Assembly (NCBI GenBank): GCA_024277695.1
Contig: JAJRUR010000076.1
Coordinates: forward strand, 1-54,858
Reading direction: 5' to 3'
Origin: Bacteroidota bacterium
GTDB lineage: Bacteria > Bacteroidota > Bacteroidia > Chitinophagales > Saprospiraceae
Length of the DNA stretch: 54,858 bases
The position numbers and the translations under genes were made by a program. The notes under the pieces are model-generated. The model ran no database searches, was not told the origin of the DNA, and saw only the letters and a list, made by a program, of their open reading frames with translations. Shown one piece after another: positions 8,445 to 18,348 of this stretch (within the stretch, counting starts at the first letter, position 1; every line of letters starts with the position of its first letter).

Positions 8445-9305
8445 ATGAGACAGCTAAAAATCACGAACCGAATTACGCGACGCGAAAGTATAGCCATAGA
8501 TAAGTATCTCAATGAGATCAGCAAAATACCGCTCATCGATGCAGAAAAAGAGGCTGAACTAGCCAGATTGATTAGAAATGGAGACCAAAAAGCACTCAAA
8601 GATCTCACAGAAGCTAACCTCCGTTTTGTAGTGTCCGTAGCCAAACAATATCAAAATCAAGGACTATCACTAAGTGACCTGATCAATGAGGGCAATGTAG
8701 GACTCATCAAGGCTGCCAAGCGTTTTGACGAAACTAAGGGGTTCAAGTTTATTTCTTATGCAGTTTGGTGGATACGGCAGTCCATCCTGCAAGCCATTGT
8801 CGAATATAGTCGAATGGTGCGTTTGCCTCTCAATAAGATCAACGCATACAATAAGATCAACAAAGCCTATTTGGATTTTATTCAAGAGTATGAACGAAAG
8901 CCTTCTATGAGCGAACTAGCTGTACTTGTAGATATGGATGAGGCAAAAGTTGAGCAGATTATCAGGAGTTTTAAACAACATATATCTATGGATGCACCGG
9001 TATCTCCGGACGAAGATTCAGGTACATCACTCATCGAGTTTATCGAAACGGGAGATGAAGAGTCACCTGATATCCATTTGATCAACGACTCCACCAGTTC
9101 TGATATCATAGACAGTTTGAGTAATCTTTCTCCTAGAGAGCGTGATGTGATAGTGGCTTATTATGGACTGGATGGTAATACTGAAAATGACCTCAAGCAG
9201 GTAGGAGAGATGTACGGACTCTCTACCGAAAGAGTACGACAGATCAAAAGTAGAGCGCTACGACGCTTGAGAAGCAATGTCAGGTTAAGAAAAATGAAAT
9301 ACTAA
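8445..9305 (+). CDS. rpoD: Primary RNA polymerase sigma-70 factor (Bacteroidota short RpoD/SigA type)
   Basis: 286 aa. Region 2 (FKFISYAVWWIRQSI), region 3 and region 4.2 (LSTERVRQIKSRALRRLR) are recognisable. Confidence 0.9.
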   Translation: MRQLKITNRITRRESIAIDKYLNEISKIPLIDAEKEAELARLIRNGDQKALKDLTEANLRFVVSVAKQYQNQGLSLSDLINEGNVGLIKAAKRFDETKGFKFISYAVWWIRQSILQAIVEYSRMVRLPLNKINAYNKINKAYLDFIQEYERKPSMSELAVLVDMDEAKVEQIIRSFKQHISMDAPVSPDEDSGTSLIEFIETGDEESPDIHLINDSTSSDIIDSLSNLSPRERDVIVAYYGLDGNTENDLKQVGEMYGLSTERVRQIKSRALRRLRSNVRLRKMKY

Positions 9306-9332
9306 AAAGCTATTGCAAAAACTGCTCTCGAT

Positions 9333-11336
9333 TTATCGATCAGCTAAGAAATGATTTAATATAGCTTCTGCAGTGATACCAAACTCCTCATATAATATTT
9401 GATATGGTGCAGATGCTCCAAAGCTGTTCATGCCGATAAATTTGCCTTTGTCTCCGAGGTACCGGTCCCACCCAAATCCTGATCCTGCTTCTATAGCTAC
9501 TCTATTTTTGATTCTTCGAGGTAGTACTCTTCTCTTATATGACTCGGGCTGAGCCTCAAAGACCTCCATACTCATCATGGACACGAGCATGACCTTGTGT
9601 TTTAGGGCATTGAGTTTTCTTTTTGCCTCCAATGCTATTTCTACTTCAGAACCGGAAGCAATAATGAGATAGCTGGCACCGACATCTTTTGCCAAAATAT
9701 AAGCTCCTCGTTCGGCCTTTTTGGCGGAAGCTAACTGTAGAGCTTTTCGGTCAAAAACCGGCAATTTTTGCCGCGTTAGCACAAGGCAGCTGGGGCCGGT
9801 TTTGTGTTTTAGAGCCATTTTCCAGGCTTCGATAGTCTCATTGGCATCCATAGGTCTAAGGACGCGCATATTGGGCATAGCGCGTAACGCAGCCAGCTGG
9901 GCTATGGGTTGATGCGTAGGGCCATCCTCACCCAATCCAATCGAATCATGTGTCAGCACATAGATGACCTGTAGCTTCATAAGCGCCGCCATACGCATAG
10001 CCGGTCGCATGTAGTCTGTGAAAACAAAAAATGTTCCGGCATAAGGTAGTACTGCACCGTGTAGGGCCAGACCGTTCATAATGGCGGCCATAGCATGTTC
10101 TCGGACACCATAATGTATATATCTGCCTTGGCGATGTAAGGCACTAAAGGCAGATTCGGATTTTGGAAAGGTCTTATTAGAGGGTGTGAGGTCTGCTGAT
10201 CCACCTATGAGCGCAGGTATTTTGGGAGCAAGACCATGGAGGATAGCTCCTGAAGCTGCGCGCGTAGCCTGTACTCCTCCTGATTCAAAAGCAGGGATAC
10301 GAAGAGCTGCATTGGGTATTTCGCCCGCAATGGCTTTGGTCAGTTTTTCGGAAAGGGATTTATATTTGTTGCGATAGTTTTTATAAAGGGCTTGCCAGGC
10401 TCGTTGATGCTCAGCTCCTCGTTTTGCGACGGACTTTGCAAAAGATGGAGCTTCGGGTACTATATAGAATGTTTGGTCTGTAGGTAGGCCAAGTGCTTTT
10501 TTTGTCAAGCGTATCTCTTCTACTCCCAAAGGCTCTCCATGTGCTTTGGAGGTGCCACTGCGATGAGGACTTCCGAATCCTATGATTGTCTTACAGGATA
10601 TGATGGATGGTCTGTCCTTCTCTTCTCGGGCTTGGGAGATAGCATCGTAAATAGCATCCAAATTATGTCCGTCAATGGATTGAGTATGCCACCCATAAGC
10701 ATCAAATCGCTTCATAACATCTTCCGAAAAAGCCAAATTGGCTTCACCGTCTATGGTAATATTATTATCGTCATAGAGTAATATAAGTTTGCCTAATCTT
10801 AAGTGTCCTGCCAACGATGCTGCTTCATGTGATATCCCTTCTTGGAGATCACCATCACCTGCCATAACATAGCAATAGTGATCAATCAAGGGATAAGACT
10901 TTTTGTTAAATCTTGCAGCAAGCGATGACTCTGCAATGGCAAATCCCACAGCATTGGCAAGCCCTTGGCCTAAGGGGCCTGTAGTGGTTTCTACTCCCGG
11001 AGTATCTCCATATTCCGGGTGCCCGGGTGTCTTGCTGTGCCACTGCCTAAAATGGCGTATTTCATCCAAGGATAGATCATAACCATACAGGTGCAAGAGA
11101 CTATATAACAGCATACTCCCATGTCCACCTGATAGAACAAAACGATCTCTATCAAACCAATCGGGATTGGATGGATCAAACTTTAGAAAATCAGACCAAA
11201 GGACAGCCGCGACATCAGCCATACCGAGGGGCATACCGGGATGACCACTGTTAGCCGCTTGAACGGCATCCATACTGAGACTTCTGATCGATAAAGCAAT
11301 CGCTTGGAGTTCTTTGGGGGGAGTTCGTTTTGTCAT
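9333..11336 (-). CDS. tkt: Transketolase
   Basis: 667 aa. Carries the ThDP motif [13 protein letters not shown] and the transketolase signature [16 protein letters not shown]. Confidence 0.96.
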   Translation of the reverse strand: MTKRTPPKELQAIALSIRSLSMDAVQAANSGHPGMPLGMADVAAVLWSDFLKFDPSNPDWFDRDRFVLSGGHGSMLLYSLLHLYGYDLSLDEIRHFRQWHSKTPGHPEYGDTPGVETTTGPLGQGLANAVGFAIAESSLAARFNKKSYPLIDHYCYVMAGDGDLQEGISHEAASLAGHLRLGKLILLYDDNNITIDGEANLAFSEDVMKRFDAYGWHTQSIDGHNLDAIYDAISQAREEKDRPSIISCKTIIGFGSPHRSGTSKAHGEPLGVEEIRLTKKALGLPTDQTFYIVPEAPSFAKSVAKRGAEHQRAWQALYKNYRNKYKSLSEKLTKAIAGEIPNAALRIPAFESGGVQATRAASGAILHGLAPKIPALIGGSADLTPSNKTFPKSESAFSALHRQGRYIHYGVREHAMAAIMNGLALHGAVLPYAGTFFVFTDYMRPAMRMAALMKLQVIYVLTHDSIGLGEDGPTHQPIAQLAALRAMPNMRVLRPMDANETIEAWKMALKHKTGPSCLVLTRQKLPVFDRKALQLASAKKAERGAYILAKDVGASYLIIASGSEVEIALEAKRKLNALKHKVMLVSMMSMEVFEAQPESYKRRVLPRRIKNRVAIEAGSGFGWDRYLGDKGKFIGMNSFGASAPYQILYEEFGITAEAILNHFLADR

Positions 11337-11492
11337 ATTTTATAGTTAGGCATTGAGATGCGAATGTAATACATATCGACCAAAAAGTATAGTTTTTTAC
11401 CCTGTCTGTACGGCAGAGAGCTTCGATATTCCATTCTTGTCTGATGTATGTGTTCTATCACTGCGAGAGAACATATCGACATGGCCTTGATC

Positions 11493-12314
11493 CTATTGCT
11501 GTCGAATCAATTCCAATAGTCGATCGGGATAATCTGATGCGATTCCATCCACTCCCAAATCGATCAGACGTTGCATATCTTCAATTTTATTGACTGTCCA
11601 GGTGACTACTTGGATGTCTCGTGCTTTGGTATAAGCAATCAAAGACGGTTCTACTAGTTGATGGTACGGACTATAAATATCAGGGAGAAAACCCAAACGC
11701 TCTACGTTGGTGAGGTGTCCCGCCAAATTTTCTACCAAAAGGACGATGGTATAGCCGGGGTATTGCTTGCGCAAATATTGAAGCGTGGCTATATCAAAAC
11801 ACTGTAGACTCACTTGCTCTCTCAATCCAAACTTTTCGATTTGTGCTACTACCAAATCTACAAATGTTGCGCGATCAGGATGGAATATACCTATGTGATG
11901 CTCAACGACTTTCATCTCAATATTATAATGGATAGGAGGCGAATTATTTATATGCAGCCACCCCTCGACAGCAGCAAATGTCTCTTCAAGGCTCGGCTTG
12001 TGGCTCGCAATACAAGCTTGGTCGGGAAAAGCCGCATAGTATTTTGAACCGCAGTCGTATTGCCTGATCTGCTCATAATCCATCGCATATAGGTTGTGCA
12101 TTTTTTCGTCCACCTGCCTGATGGATTTGCCGCAAGGCAAAGTGCAAAACTGATAAGACATCCACGGTTCATGTGAGACGATTACTTGATGATCTTTACT
12201 GATCACGACATCCATTTCCAAGGTATGGACTCCCAGATCAAGGGCTTTTATAAATGCGGGGATAGTATTTTCGGGCATCAAGCCACGACAACCGCGATGT
12301 CCTTGTACGTCCAT
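11493..12314 (-). CDS. Glycerophosphodiester phosphodiesterase family protein
   Basis: The N-terminal GHRG...PENT...A...G...LE.DV motif is typical of GDPD. The start is 14 nt downstream of the adhesin stop, suggesting one operon. Confidence 0.85.
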   Translation of the reverse strand: MDVQGHRGCRGLMPENTIPAFIKALDLGVHTLEMDVVISKDHQVIVSHEPWMSYQFCTLPCGKSIRQVDEKMHNLYAMDYEQIRQYDCGSKYYAAFPDQACIASHKPSLEETFAAVEGWLHINNSPPIHYNIEMKVVEHHIGIFHPDRATFVDLVVAQIEKFGLREQVSLQCFDIATLQYLRKQYPGYTIVLLVENLAGHLTNVERLGFLPDIYSPYHQLVEPSLIAYTKARDIQVVTWTVNKIEDMQRLIDLGVDGIASDYPDRLLELIRQQ

Positions 12315-12328
12315 AATCGGATCAATAG

Positions 12329-15300
12329 TTAACGGATCAAATGTATTTCGCCTCGAAATTTTTCTATAGTTCCATTGGGGCGAGTGAGTTCTACCAAGTA
12401 GATATAAAGTTCTGTAGGAAGGTCATTTCCTTGTCGGTCTCGACCGTCCCAAGCTGCATCCGCTGCAGTACTGTTAAATACTTGCTGCCCCCACCGATTA
12501 TAGATACTCATATAATTGATGCGTAGAGACTCGGCGAGTGCGGGCTTGAATACGTCGTTTCGCCCATCACCATTTGGAGTAAAGGTATTGGGAAATTTGA
12601 TTTCATCGATAGCTTTGACGAGCAGTTGGATGCGTTTCGAAATAGTACACCCCGAAATTTGATCCGTGACGATGAGCTCTACGGTATAGTTAAAGTCTTC
12701 TGCAATGATATCCAAGGATTCGCCGGTTTGATCACTAAGCACACCATTGACATACCATTGATAATCTATGGCGTTAGCAGCTTCAGCCGTAGCGCGCAGG
12801 CTGATGGTTTGTCCTATAAAGATATCGTCAGTATTCAGCAAGATGATAGAGGCATCCACCTCGGGATAGACGATCACTTCCTGGAGCCCTACGAGTTCGC
12901 ACAAGCCGCTAAAGTCTCTGATCACATATGTTTTTGAAGCAGTAGCTTTAAAAAAAGGATTGAGACAGTTTAGACAACTTAACTCTGGCTCATCATCCCA
13001 AATTCCTTGGACAAAACGGGTGTTATCTACATCTAACTGCACAGTGGAGTCCCGGCAGGAATATAGAGTGGGGAAGATAAGGGTATCCTTGGGAGAAATA
13101 TTGACATCGACCTGTACACTGTAAGTACACTGATCCCGTTGGTAGCTCAATGTATAGATTTGGCTGTGGGTAGGACGCATCAGTGGATCTGGACAATTTG
13201 TACAGGAAAGGCCTGTACCGGGCGACCAATCAATCCGCGAAATATCTGTATCAAAGATTTGGAACCGTACGGACTGACCGGCACATATTGTAGTATCGCG
13301 AAAACCGGTGCTTATACCTTTAGGTGTGGTTAAGAGTACAAAGGTATCGACTTGTGTACAGGCTCCATTTACCGTTTGTCGCGTATAGATGCTCGAATGT
13401 TGTACCTCAAAGCGAGCAGATGGTAAAGATGGGTTACTCACCAAATTATCATCATTCGGCGACCAATTGAAACGTAAATTGGGATATTGGGGAGGAGAAA
13501 TAAACTCAGGAATCAGTTCGACTTGATCTCCTATACAAAATACTTCTTTTTGAGGTATGATACTATAACCCAAAGCAGGCAAACTATCCACATCTATTTC
13601 AATCTTTTTTTCTACAATACAAGCTCCTAAGTCTGCATAGATGCTAAACTCCGTATAGGATAACGGATATAATAGAGCAGTACTGTCTTCAATGCTTCCG
13701 AATTGCGGTGGAGAAAGGCTATAAAACACCGGCTGATGTATGGTACTTAGACGGAGTTGTACTGTGTCATCTTGGCAAATATGCACTGCATCGTTCGTTT
13801 CAATCTCAAAATACGGATCAATCACAGAGATATCAATATTTTGTGTAAAAGAACAGGCTTCAAAATCGATGGTCAATATCAAAACATCAGAATGCAGAGG
13901 AAGCACAGCATATATACTGTCGTTGAGCCGCCGAATGATCGACGGGTTAGACCAAAGCAACTGTCCTCTTATCGTATCATAGCTTACTTTGATCAAAAGA
14001 CTGTCTCCCAAGCATATATTACTGTTGTCGAGTTGCTCAAAGTTAACTGCATTATCGATGACAAATACATCTACCGAGCCGCTTCGCGTGCATAGCCCAT
14101 AGTCTATTTGGTATTGGATAGACTTCGTAGTTTGTGGATGCAATAGATAGGTAGAATCGTCTATCTGAGTTACATCTTCGGCAGGAAGCCAAGTAATCTC
14201 AGCCCGGGGGTCATTGAGCTTGAGCTGAAGGGTTACAGAAGATCCGGTACAAATCGTATCCCAACTGAGCAAACGGAGATCTATACTTGTGTCAATTACA
14301 GTAATGACTTGTTGTAGTTCACTCGTACAATCCCCGGCCGATACCTGTATGGTATAGTTTGTAGTGCTCGTCGGTCTAAAGAATAAGCTGTCGTTGCGAT
14401 AAACAATATCGGTATTAGGTGAGATAGAGATTAGGGCACCGGTATCATTGGCTATGAGGGTAGCAAGGACTTGTTCTCCGGGGCAGATGGTATCCTTATC
14501 GCTGATTTGGTATTGAAATGATGAATTCCTGACTGTAATGCTCGTTCTGCTCGTGTCGGCACATCGATGAAGTGCTCCCGTGGCGATTCGGGTATATGTC
14601 CTTGTCACTATTGGGAAGGCTAGGGGAGCTGCTATGGTCGAATCACTAAGACCGATACCCGGAGTCCAACTGTAGGATATGGTGCTATCAGATCCTACTG
14701 CTGCCAAAACTATGGTATCGCCCAAGCAAATAGTACTATCTGCAATGATTTGCGAAGGACTGATTTGTTCTATGCCGGCAAAGATGGTATCTCGGTAGCT
14801 GCAACTATCCAAAAAAGAACTTATAATAATAGGAGCAGTTTGTTCAGGAACTAACACAAAATGCAAAGAATCTCGAGATAGAAGGATAGAATCCGGAGCG
14901 ATATGGATAGAGTCTGCTTCTTGGGACATCACCAAATCAAAGATCAATGCATCACCCCGACATAGGGTGTCATCCGATCTTATAAAGATCTCAAAACTTG
15001 GGTCAAAAGTTCTTATAAAAACCGAATCCATATCTTGACAAGATACCCCTGTACCTAGCAGATACACAAATCCTGCATAACTCGTATCTATAACTACAGT
15101 ATCCATATCCAGATCTGCAAAGAGTCCTGGGGCAGTCCAGATGTAATTGGCTGCTCCAACTCCCGTAAGAAGAACACCCTTGCCGGGAATACAGTAGTCT
15201 GACTGATCGAGTTGTCGGATTCTGACATCGAGCGTATCGATAAGGCCTATCTCTAACAGGTCACAACGCATGTCCGGTGTCCCGATCCGAAAGAGTTCGA

Positions 15301-15649
15301 TGATGATACTTTCGTAGGTTTCAGATAATGTATCCGGCACTGCCTCTATATTATAGACTTTGGTCTGCTCTCCCGGTAAGAAGATGACAGTGTCCGGCAG
15401 ATTACTTATGTAGTCGATCGTATCAAGTGCTGTTCCGGATTTGTGTATCCTAAAATGTAGCGTATCCACGGCAACGGAGTCCAAACCTATCCGAATGGAA
15501 GAGACCGCAGTATTGCAGGATTCTACAAGTCTATCCGGCAGATTGTCAGAGCTAAAGGATAGGGATGCTCCGGGACTCATCGAATAGATGAGCTCAAATC
15601 CAAAGCCCATCATCAGCAAGGGTATAGCTATTATGATTGATATTCTCAT
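12329..15649 (-). CDS. Large secreted adhesin-like protein with a T9SS type B (gliding-motility-associated, CHU_C) C-terminal sorting domain
   Basis: I chose the start at internal M18 (MRISIIIAIPLLMMGF, a signal peptide), which avoids overlap with the cytochrome c gene. There is an N-terminal Calx-beta-like segment and then many Cys-containing beta domains of about 80 aa. The C-terminus FPNTFTPNGDGRNDVF...IYNRWGQQVF...WDGR matches the type B CTD. Confidence 0.8.
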   Translation of the reverse strand: MRISIIIAIPLLMMGFGFELIYSMSPGASLSFSSDNLPDRLVESCNTAVSSIRIGLDSVAVDTLHFRIHKSGTALDTIDYISNLPDTVIFLPGEQTKVYNIEAVPDTLSETYESIIIELFRIGTPDMRCDLLEIGLIDTLDVRIRQLDQSDYCIPGKGVLLTGVGAANYIWTAPGLFADLDMDTVVIDTSYAGFVYLLGTGVSCQDMDSVFIRTFDPSFEIFIRSDDTLCRGDALIFDLVMSQEADSIHIAPDSILLSRDSLHFVLVPEQTAPIIISSFLDSCSYRDTIFAGIEQISPSQIIADSTICLGDTIVLAAVGSDSTISYSWTPGIGLSDSTIAAPLAFPIVTRTYTRIATGALHRCADTSRTSITVRNSSFQYQISDKDTICPGEQVLATLIANDTGALISISPNTDIVYRNDSLFFRPTSTTNYTIQVSAGDCTSELQQVITVIDTSIDLRLLSWDTICTGSSVTLQLKLNDPRAEITWLPAEDVTQIDDSTYLLHPQTTKSIQYQIDYGLCTRSGSVDVFVIDNAVNFEQLDNSNICLGDSLLIKVSYDTIRGQLLWSNPSIIRRLNDSIYAVLPLHSDVLILTIDFEACSFTQNIDISVIDPYFEIETNDAVHICQDDTVQLRLSTIHQPVFYSLSPPQFGSIEDSTALLYPLSYTEFSIYADLGACIVEKKIEIDVDSLPALGYSIIPQKEVFCIGDQVELIPEFISPPQYPNLRFNWSPNDDNLVSNPSLPSARFEVQHSSIYTRQTVNGACTQVDTFVLLTTPKGISTGFRDTTICAGQSVRFQIFDTDISRIDWSPGTGLSCTNCPDPLMRPTHSQIYTLSYQRDQCTYSVQVDVNISPKDTLIFPTLYSCRDSTVQLDVDNTRFVQGIWDDEPELSCLNCLNPFFKATASKTYVIRDFSGLCELVGLQEVIVYPEVDASIILLNTDDIFIGQTISLRATAEAANAIDYQWYVNGVLSDQTGESLDIIAEDFNYTVELIVTDQISGCTISKRIQLLVKAIDEIKFPNTFTPNGDGRNDVFKPALAESLRINYMSIYNRWGQQVFNSTAADAAWDGRDRQGNDLPTELYIYLVELTRPNGTIEKFRGEIHLIR

Positions 15650-15666
15650 CTTGGGTCTAAAAGTAA

Positions 15667-16083
15667 CTATCTTTTGGAATTTGTACAGTTTCGCTGCCAC
15701 TTTTCAATCGTGTCTTTGGGGATATAGTTCTTTTTCTGTAAAAATTTTTTGGAGAGAAAATTGATCAGATTGGTCATTTCCTCAGGACTTATGTCCGGTA
15801 TCGGAGGCATGGGTTCAGAATATAGCTGACCATCGACAAGTATAGAATCATGCAAACCAAATAGTATGATGCACGGTAAGTCTTCAAAATGGGTAGCTAA
15901 ATAGTCGCTCCCTGCTAATGGAGGGATAAGCTTGCCCAAGCCGGTACCATCTTCCAGATGACATTGGGCACACTTGTTTTTATATATTTGCTCTCCGGAC
16001 GAATATGATTCAGTACACCCGGATAACCAATATGTTAACAATACTATGCTAATGATATTCTTTAAGTAATACATCGATATCAT
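15667..16083 (-). CDS. Class I c-type cytochrome lipoprotein
   Basis: Lipobox LSGC, a single CAQCH heme-binding motif, and a distal Met region (EPMPP). Confidence 0.75.
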   Translation of the reverse strand: MISMYYLKNIISIVLLTYWLSGCTESYSSGEQIYKNKCAQCHLEDGTGLGKLIPPLAGSDYLATHFEDLPCIILFGLHDSILVDGQLYSEPMPPIPDISPEEMTNLINFLSKKFLQKKNYIPKDTIEKWQRNCTNSKR

Positions 16084-16669
16084 TTAAGAAGTCATCTACA
16101 GATTTTGGCTCAGTGCCTTGGCAGTAGGAGCGTACGCGACCTTGCTTATCTATCAAAATGAGTCGGCCACTATGATTGATTCCTCCTGCTGCGTCTTCGT
16201 CATCTACGGCTACACTAAAATAATCTGCTGCCAGTGACCAAATACTGTCTTTGGGACCGGTCAGAAAACTCCACTTATCCGTAGATACTTCGAGCTTTTG
16301 GGCATAGTCTGCAAGTCTCCCGATACTATCACGTTTTGGGTCCAGTGTAAAGGATACGATATGCACTTGATCTACGTCCTCGTATTTGTCATAAACCCTT
16401 TTGAGCTGCGTGGTGACTTTTGGGCATATGGACGGGCAGTGCGTAAAGAAAAAATCCGCAATATAAATCTTGTCCTGTAAGCTTTCGTTATCTATAATTT
16501 GACCATCTTGGTTATAAAAAGAAAAGCTACGGATGGTATGATATGTAGTATCTCCTTGTCGGATGGTACGCTCACCTAAGATGGGAAGTACTTTGGGCTC
16601 CGGTGCACAGGATGCCAAAAAGAATAAAAGAAAGGTCACTATAAAGAAGTATGTCGTGCAGAGTCTCAT
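16049..16669 (-). CDS. SCO1/SenC family copper chaperone (thioredoxin fold)
   Basis: Lipobox LASC, the CPSICP (CxxxC) motif, and a downstream conserved His (INHSGRL). Confidence 0.85.
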   Translation of the reverse strand: MRLCTTYFFIVTFLLFFLASCAPEPKVLPILGERTIRQGDTTYHTIRSFSFYNQDGQIIDNESLQDKIYIADFFFTHCPSICPKVTTQLKRVYDKYEDVDQVHIVSFTLDPKRDSIGRLADYAQKLEVSTDKWSFLTGPKDSIWSLAADYFSVAVDDEDAAGGINHSGRLILIDKQGRVRSYCQGTEPKSVDDFLNDIDVLLKEYH

Positions 16670-16672
16670 GGC

Positions 16673-17074
16673 TTATTGGTGTGTATATTTTTTTGATTGT
16701 TCGATGGCCTTTTTCATTTGGACATGAATCTTGCGGATATCCGTAAGCTGGTCGTTGAGATATTTTTGAGCAATAGCCTCTTCTGTTGAGGCCTCCGGTT
16801 TCTTAAAATCAGCCATCCAGTTCATCATAGCTTCTTCCGCCTGATGCAACTCTTGAATATAAAAACCCAAATTATTCATTTCATCTGTGGCTTCAGCAGC
16901 ATTTTTCTGGTCGGTGAGTAATTTGCTCTGTTGATAGATATCCGACATCAATTCCATGGCTGCATCATGTTCTTCCATTACAGTATCAAATAATCGATCC
17001 ATCGAACTTTTTTTATCCGTTTTGCAAGCGGATATACTGACAAATAGCAAGGTGTAGAGTAGGAAATATCTCAT
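16673..17074 (-). CDS. Helical Met/His-rich lipoprotein of unknown function
   Basis: I chose the start at the internal Met giving MRYFLLYTLLFVSISAC (lipobox). The mature part is helical and rich in Met (VMEEHDAAMELM, EEAMMNWMADF). It ends 3 nt upstream of SCO1. Confidence 0.5.
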   Translation of the reverse strand: MRYFLLYTLLFVSISACKTDKKSSMDRLFDTVMEEHDAAMELMSDIYQQSKLLTDQKNAAEATDEMNNLGFYIQELHQAEEAMMNWMADFKKPEASTEEAIAQKYLNDQLTDIRKIHVQMKKAIEQSKKYTHQ

Positions 17075-17173
17075 AGAGATGACATTTAAAAATGAAACAT
17101 CAAAATTACGCATTTATCAGGAAAGTGCTATCGGATTTTTGACTTTATTTAGAGCATAATTTATTTTCTTTCT

Positions 17174-17923
17174 TTACGCTCCGGTTCCAAATCGCGTTTC
17201 AATATAGTGGGGCAGCATAGCGCGCCATGTAGGCCAGTCATGAGGCATGTCTTCGCCCCAGATATCCAGTTCATGTGGTATTCTTTTGGATTGGAGAAGA
17301 GCAGACATAGATCTGGATGCGTCCGGATCTTCGAAGTCCCCACTACCTGTGAGCAGATGGATATGCCGGGCATCCCTCAACCGGGGCAAGTAATAATCGT
17401 CGCTGAGGTTTTGTATATAGTGCATGGGCGAATTGAAATAGACATCTTGGTCCATATAGCCATCCGTATAGTTTGTCAGGTCATATACACCACTCATCGC
17501 TATGACCCCATCTAGATGGTCAGGGTATTTTAGATAAAGGTTCAGCGAATGTAAAGCGCCCAGAGATGCACCGCTCATAATGATCGGTGTATCTTCACTT
17601 GTTCTGGACTTGATATAAGGAATAACTTCGTGGATGATGTAGTGATTAAAATCATTATGACGTATAGCTTTATGCTTGGGTAGTATTTTTTTGTTGAGCC
17701 AACTTTCGGCATTGATACTATTGACAGAAAAGACTTTTATTTTTCCTGAAAAGATTAAAGATTCTAGTACATCGATGAGCAAAAAACGTTCGTACTCCAA
17801 ATAATCTGCTGCGGCAGTAGGAACTAATAACAATGCAAAACCGTAATGTCCGTATTCGACTATGGGCATCTCTTTTTTTAGTGACGTACTATACCAACTG
17901 TCCAAATGTCGCTTCATCTTCAT
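17174..17923 (-). CDS. Esterase family alpha/beta hydrolase
   Basis: 249 aa. Nucleophile elbow GASLGA, a putative-esterase-like layout, and C-terminal His (MPHDW). Confidence 0.65.
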   Translation of the reverse strand: MKMKRHLDSWYSTSLKKEMPIVEYGHYGFALLLVPTAAADYLEYERFLLIDVLESLIFSGKIKVFSVNSINAESWLNKKILPKHKAIRHNDFNHYIIHEVIPYIKSRTSEDTPIIMSGASLGALHSLNLYLKYPDHLDGVIAMSGVYDLTNYTDGYMDQDVYFNSPMHYIQNLSDDYYLPRLRDARHIHLLTGSGDFEDPDASRSMSALLQSKRIPHELDIWGEDMPHDWPTWRAMLPHYIETRFGTGA

Positions 17924-18031
17924 GATTATTTAGGAGTGCAAGATAGGCAATGTGTCTCGAATCCGTTTGTCTAATATAATAATTATTCATAATATGTTTG
18001 TTCTATCCGAGTAATATTGTACTTTCGCGCT

Positions 18032-18313
18032 ATGGTTCGTTTACTTTTTCTAAACTTGTGTTTTCTTTTGTTCATTTCTTGTAAGAATGAAACGAAAAAT
18101 GACGATCACTTGGCTCCTAATCAAGTGATTGTAGATCTGAAGCAAGGCGTAAGTGAGAAAAATTTGGAGGGCGCATTGAAGAGTTATGGTTTTTTGGCAG
18201 TAGAGCGAATCGATAGCAGTAAAAATATTTGGATCTACCGTTATAATGAAAAGAAAGTAAATAAAGAACGTCTGGATAACTATCTAAAAAAATCCATCCA
18301 TACTGACCATTAG
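18032..18313 (+). CDS. Small lipoprotein of unknown function
   Basis: The ATG at 18032 gives MVRLLFLNLCFLLFISC (lipobox). The mature part of about 75 aa has an alpha/beta feel that loosely recalls a protease pro-domain. It lies immediately upstream of the M14 peptidase gene. Confidence 0.4.
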   Translation: MVRLLFLNLCFLLFISCKNETKNDDHLAPNQVIVDLKQGVSEKNLEGALKSYGFLAVERIDSSKNIWIYRYNEKKVNKERLDNYLKKSIHTDH

Positions 18314-18348
18314 TTTATAGATCCTGCTTAACAAAAAAATCTATTATT

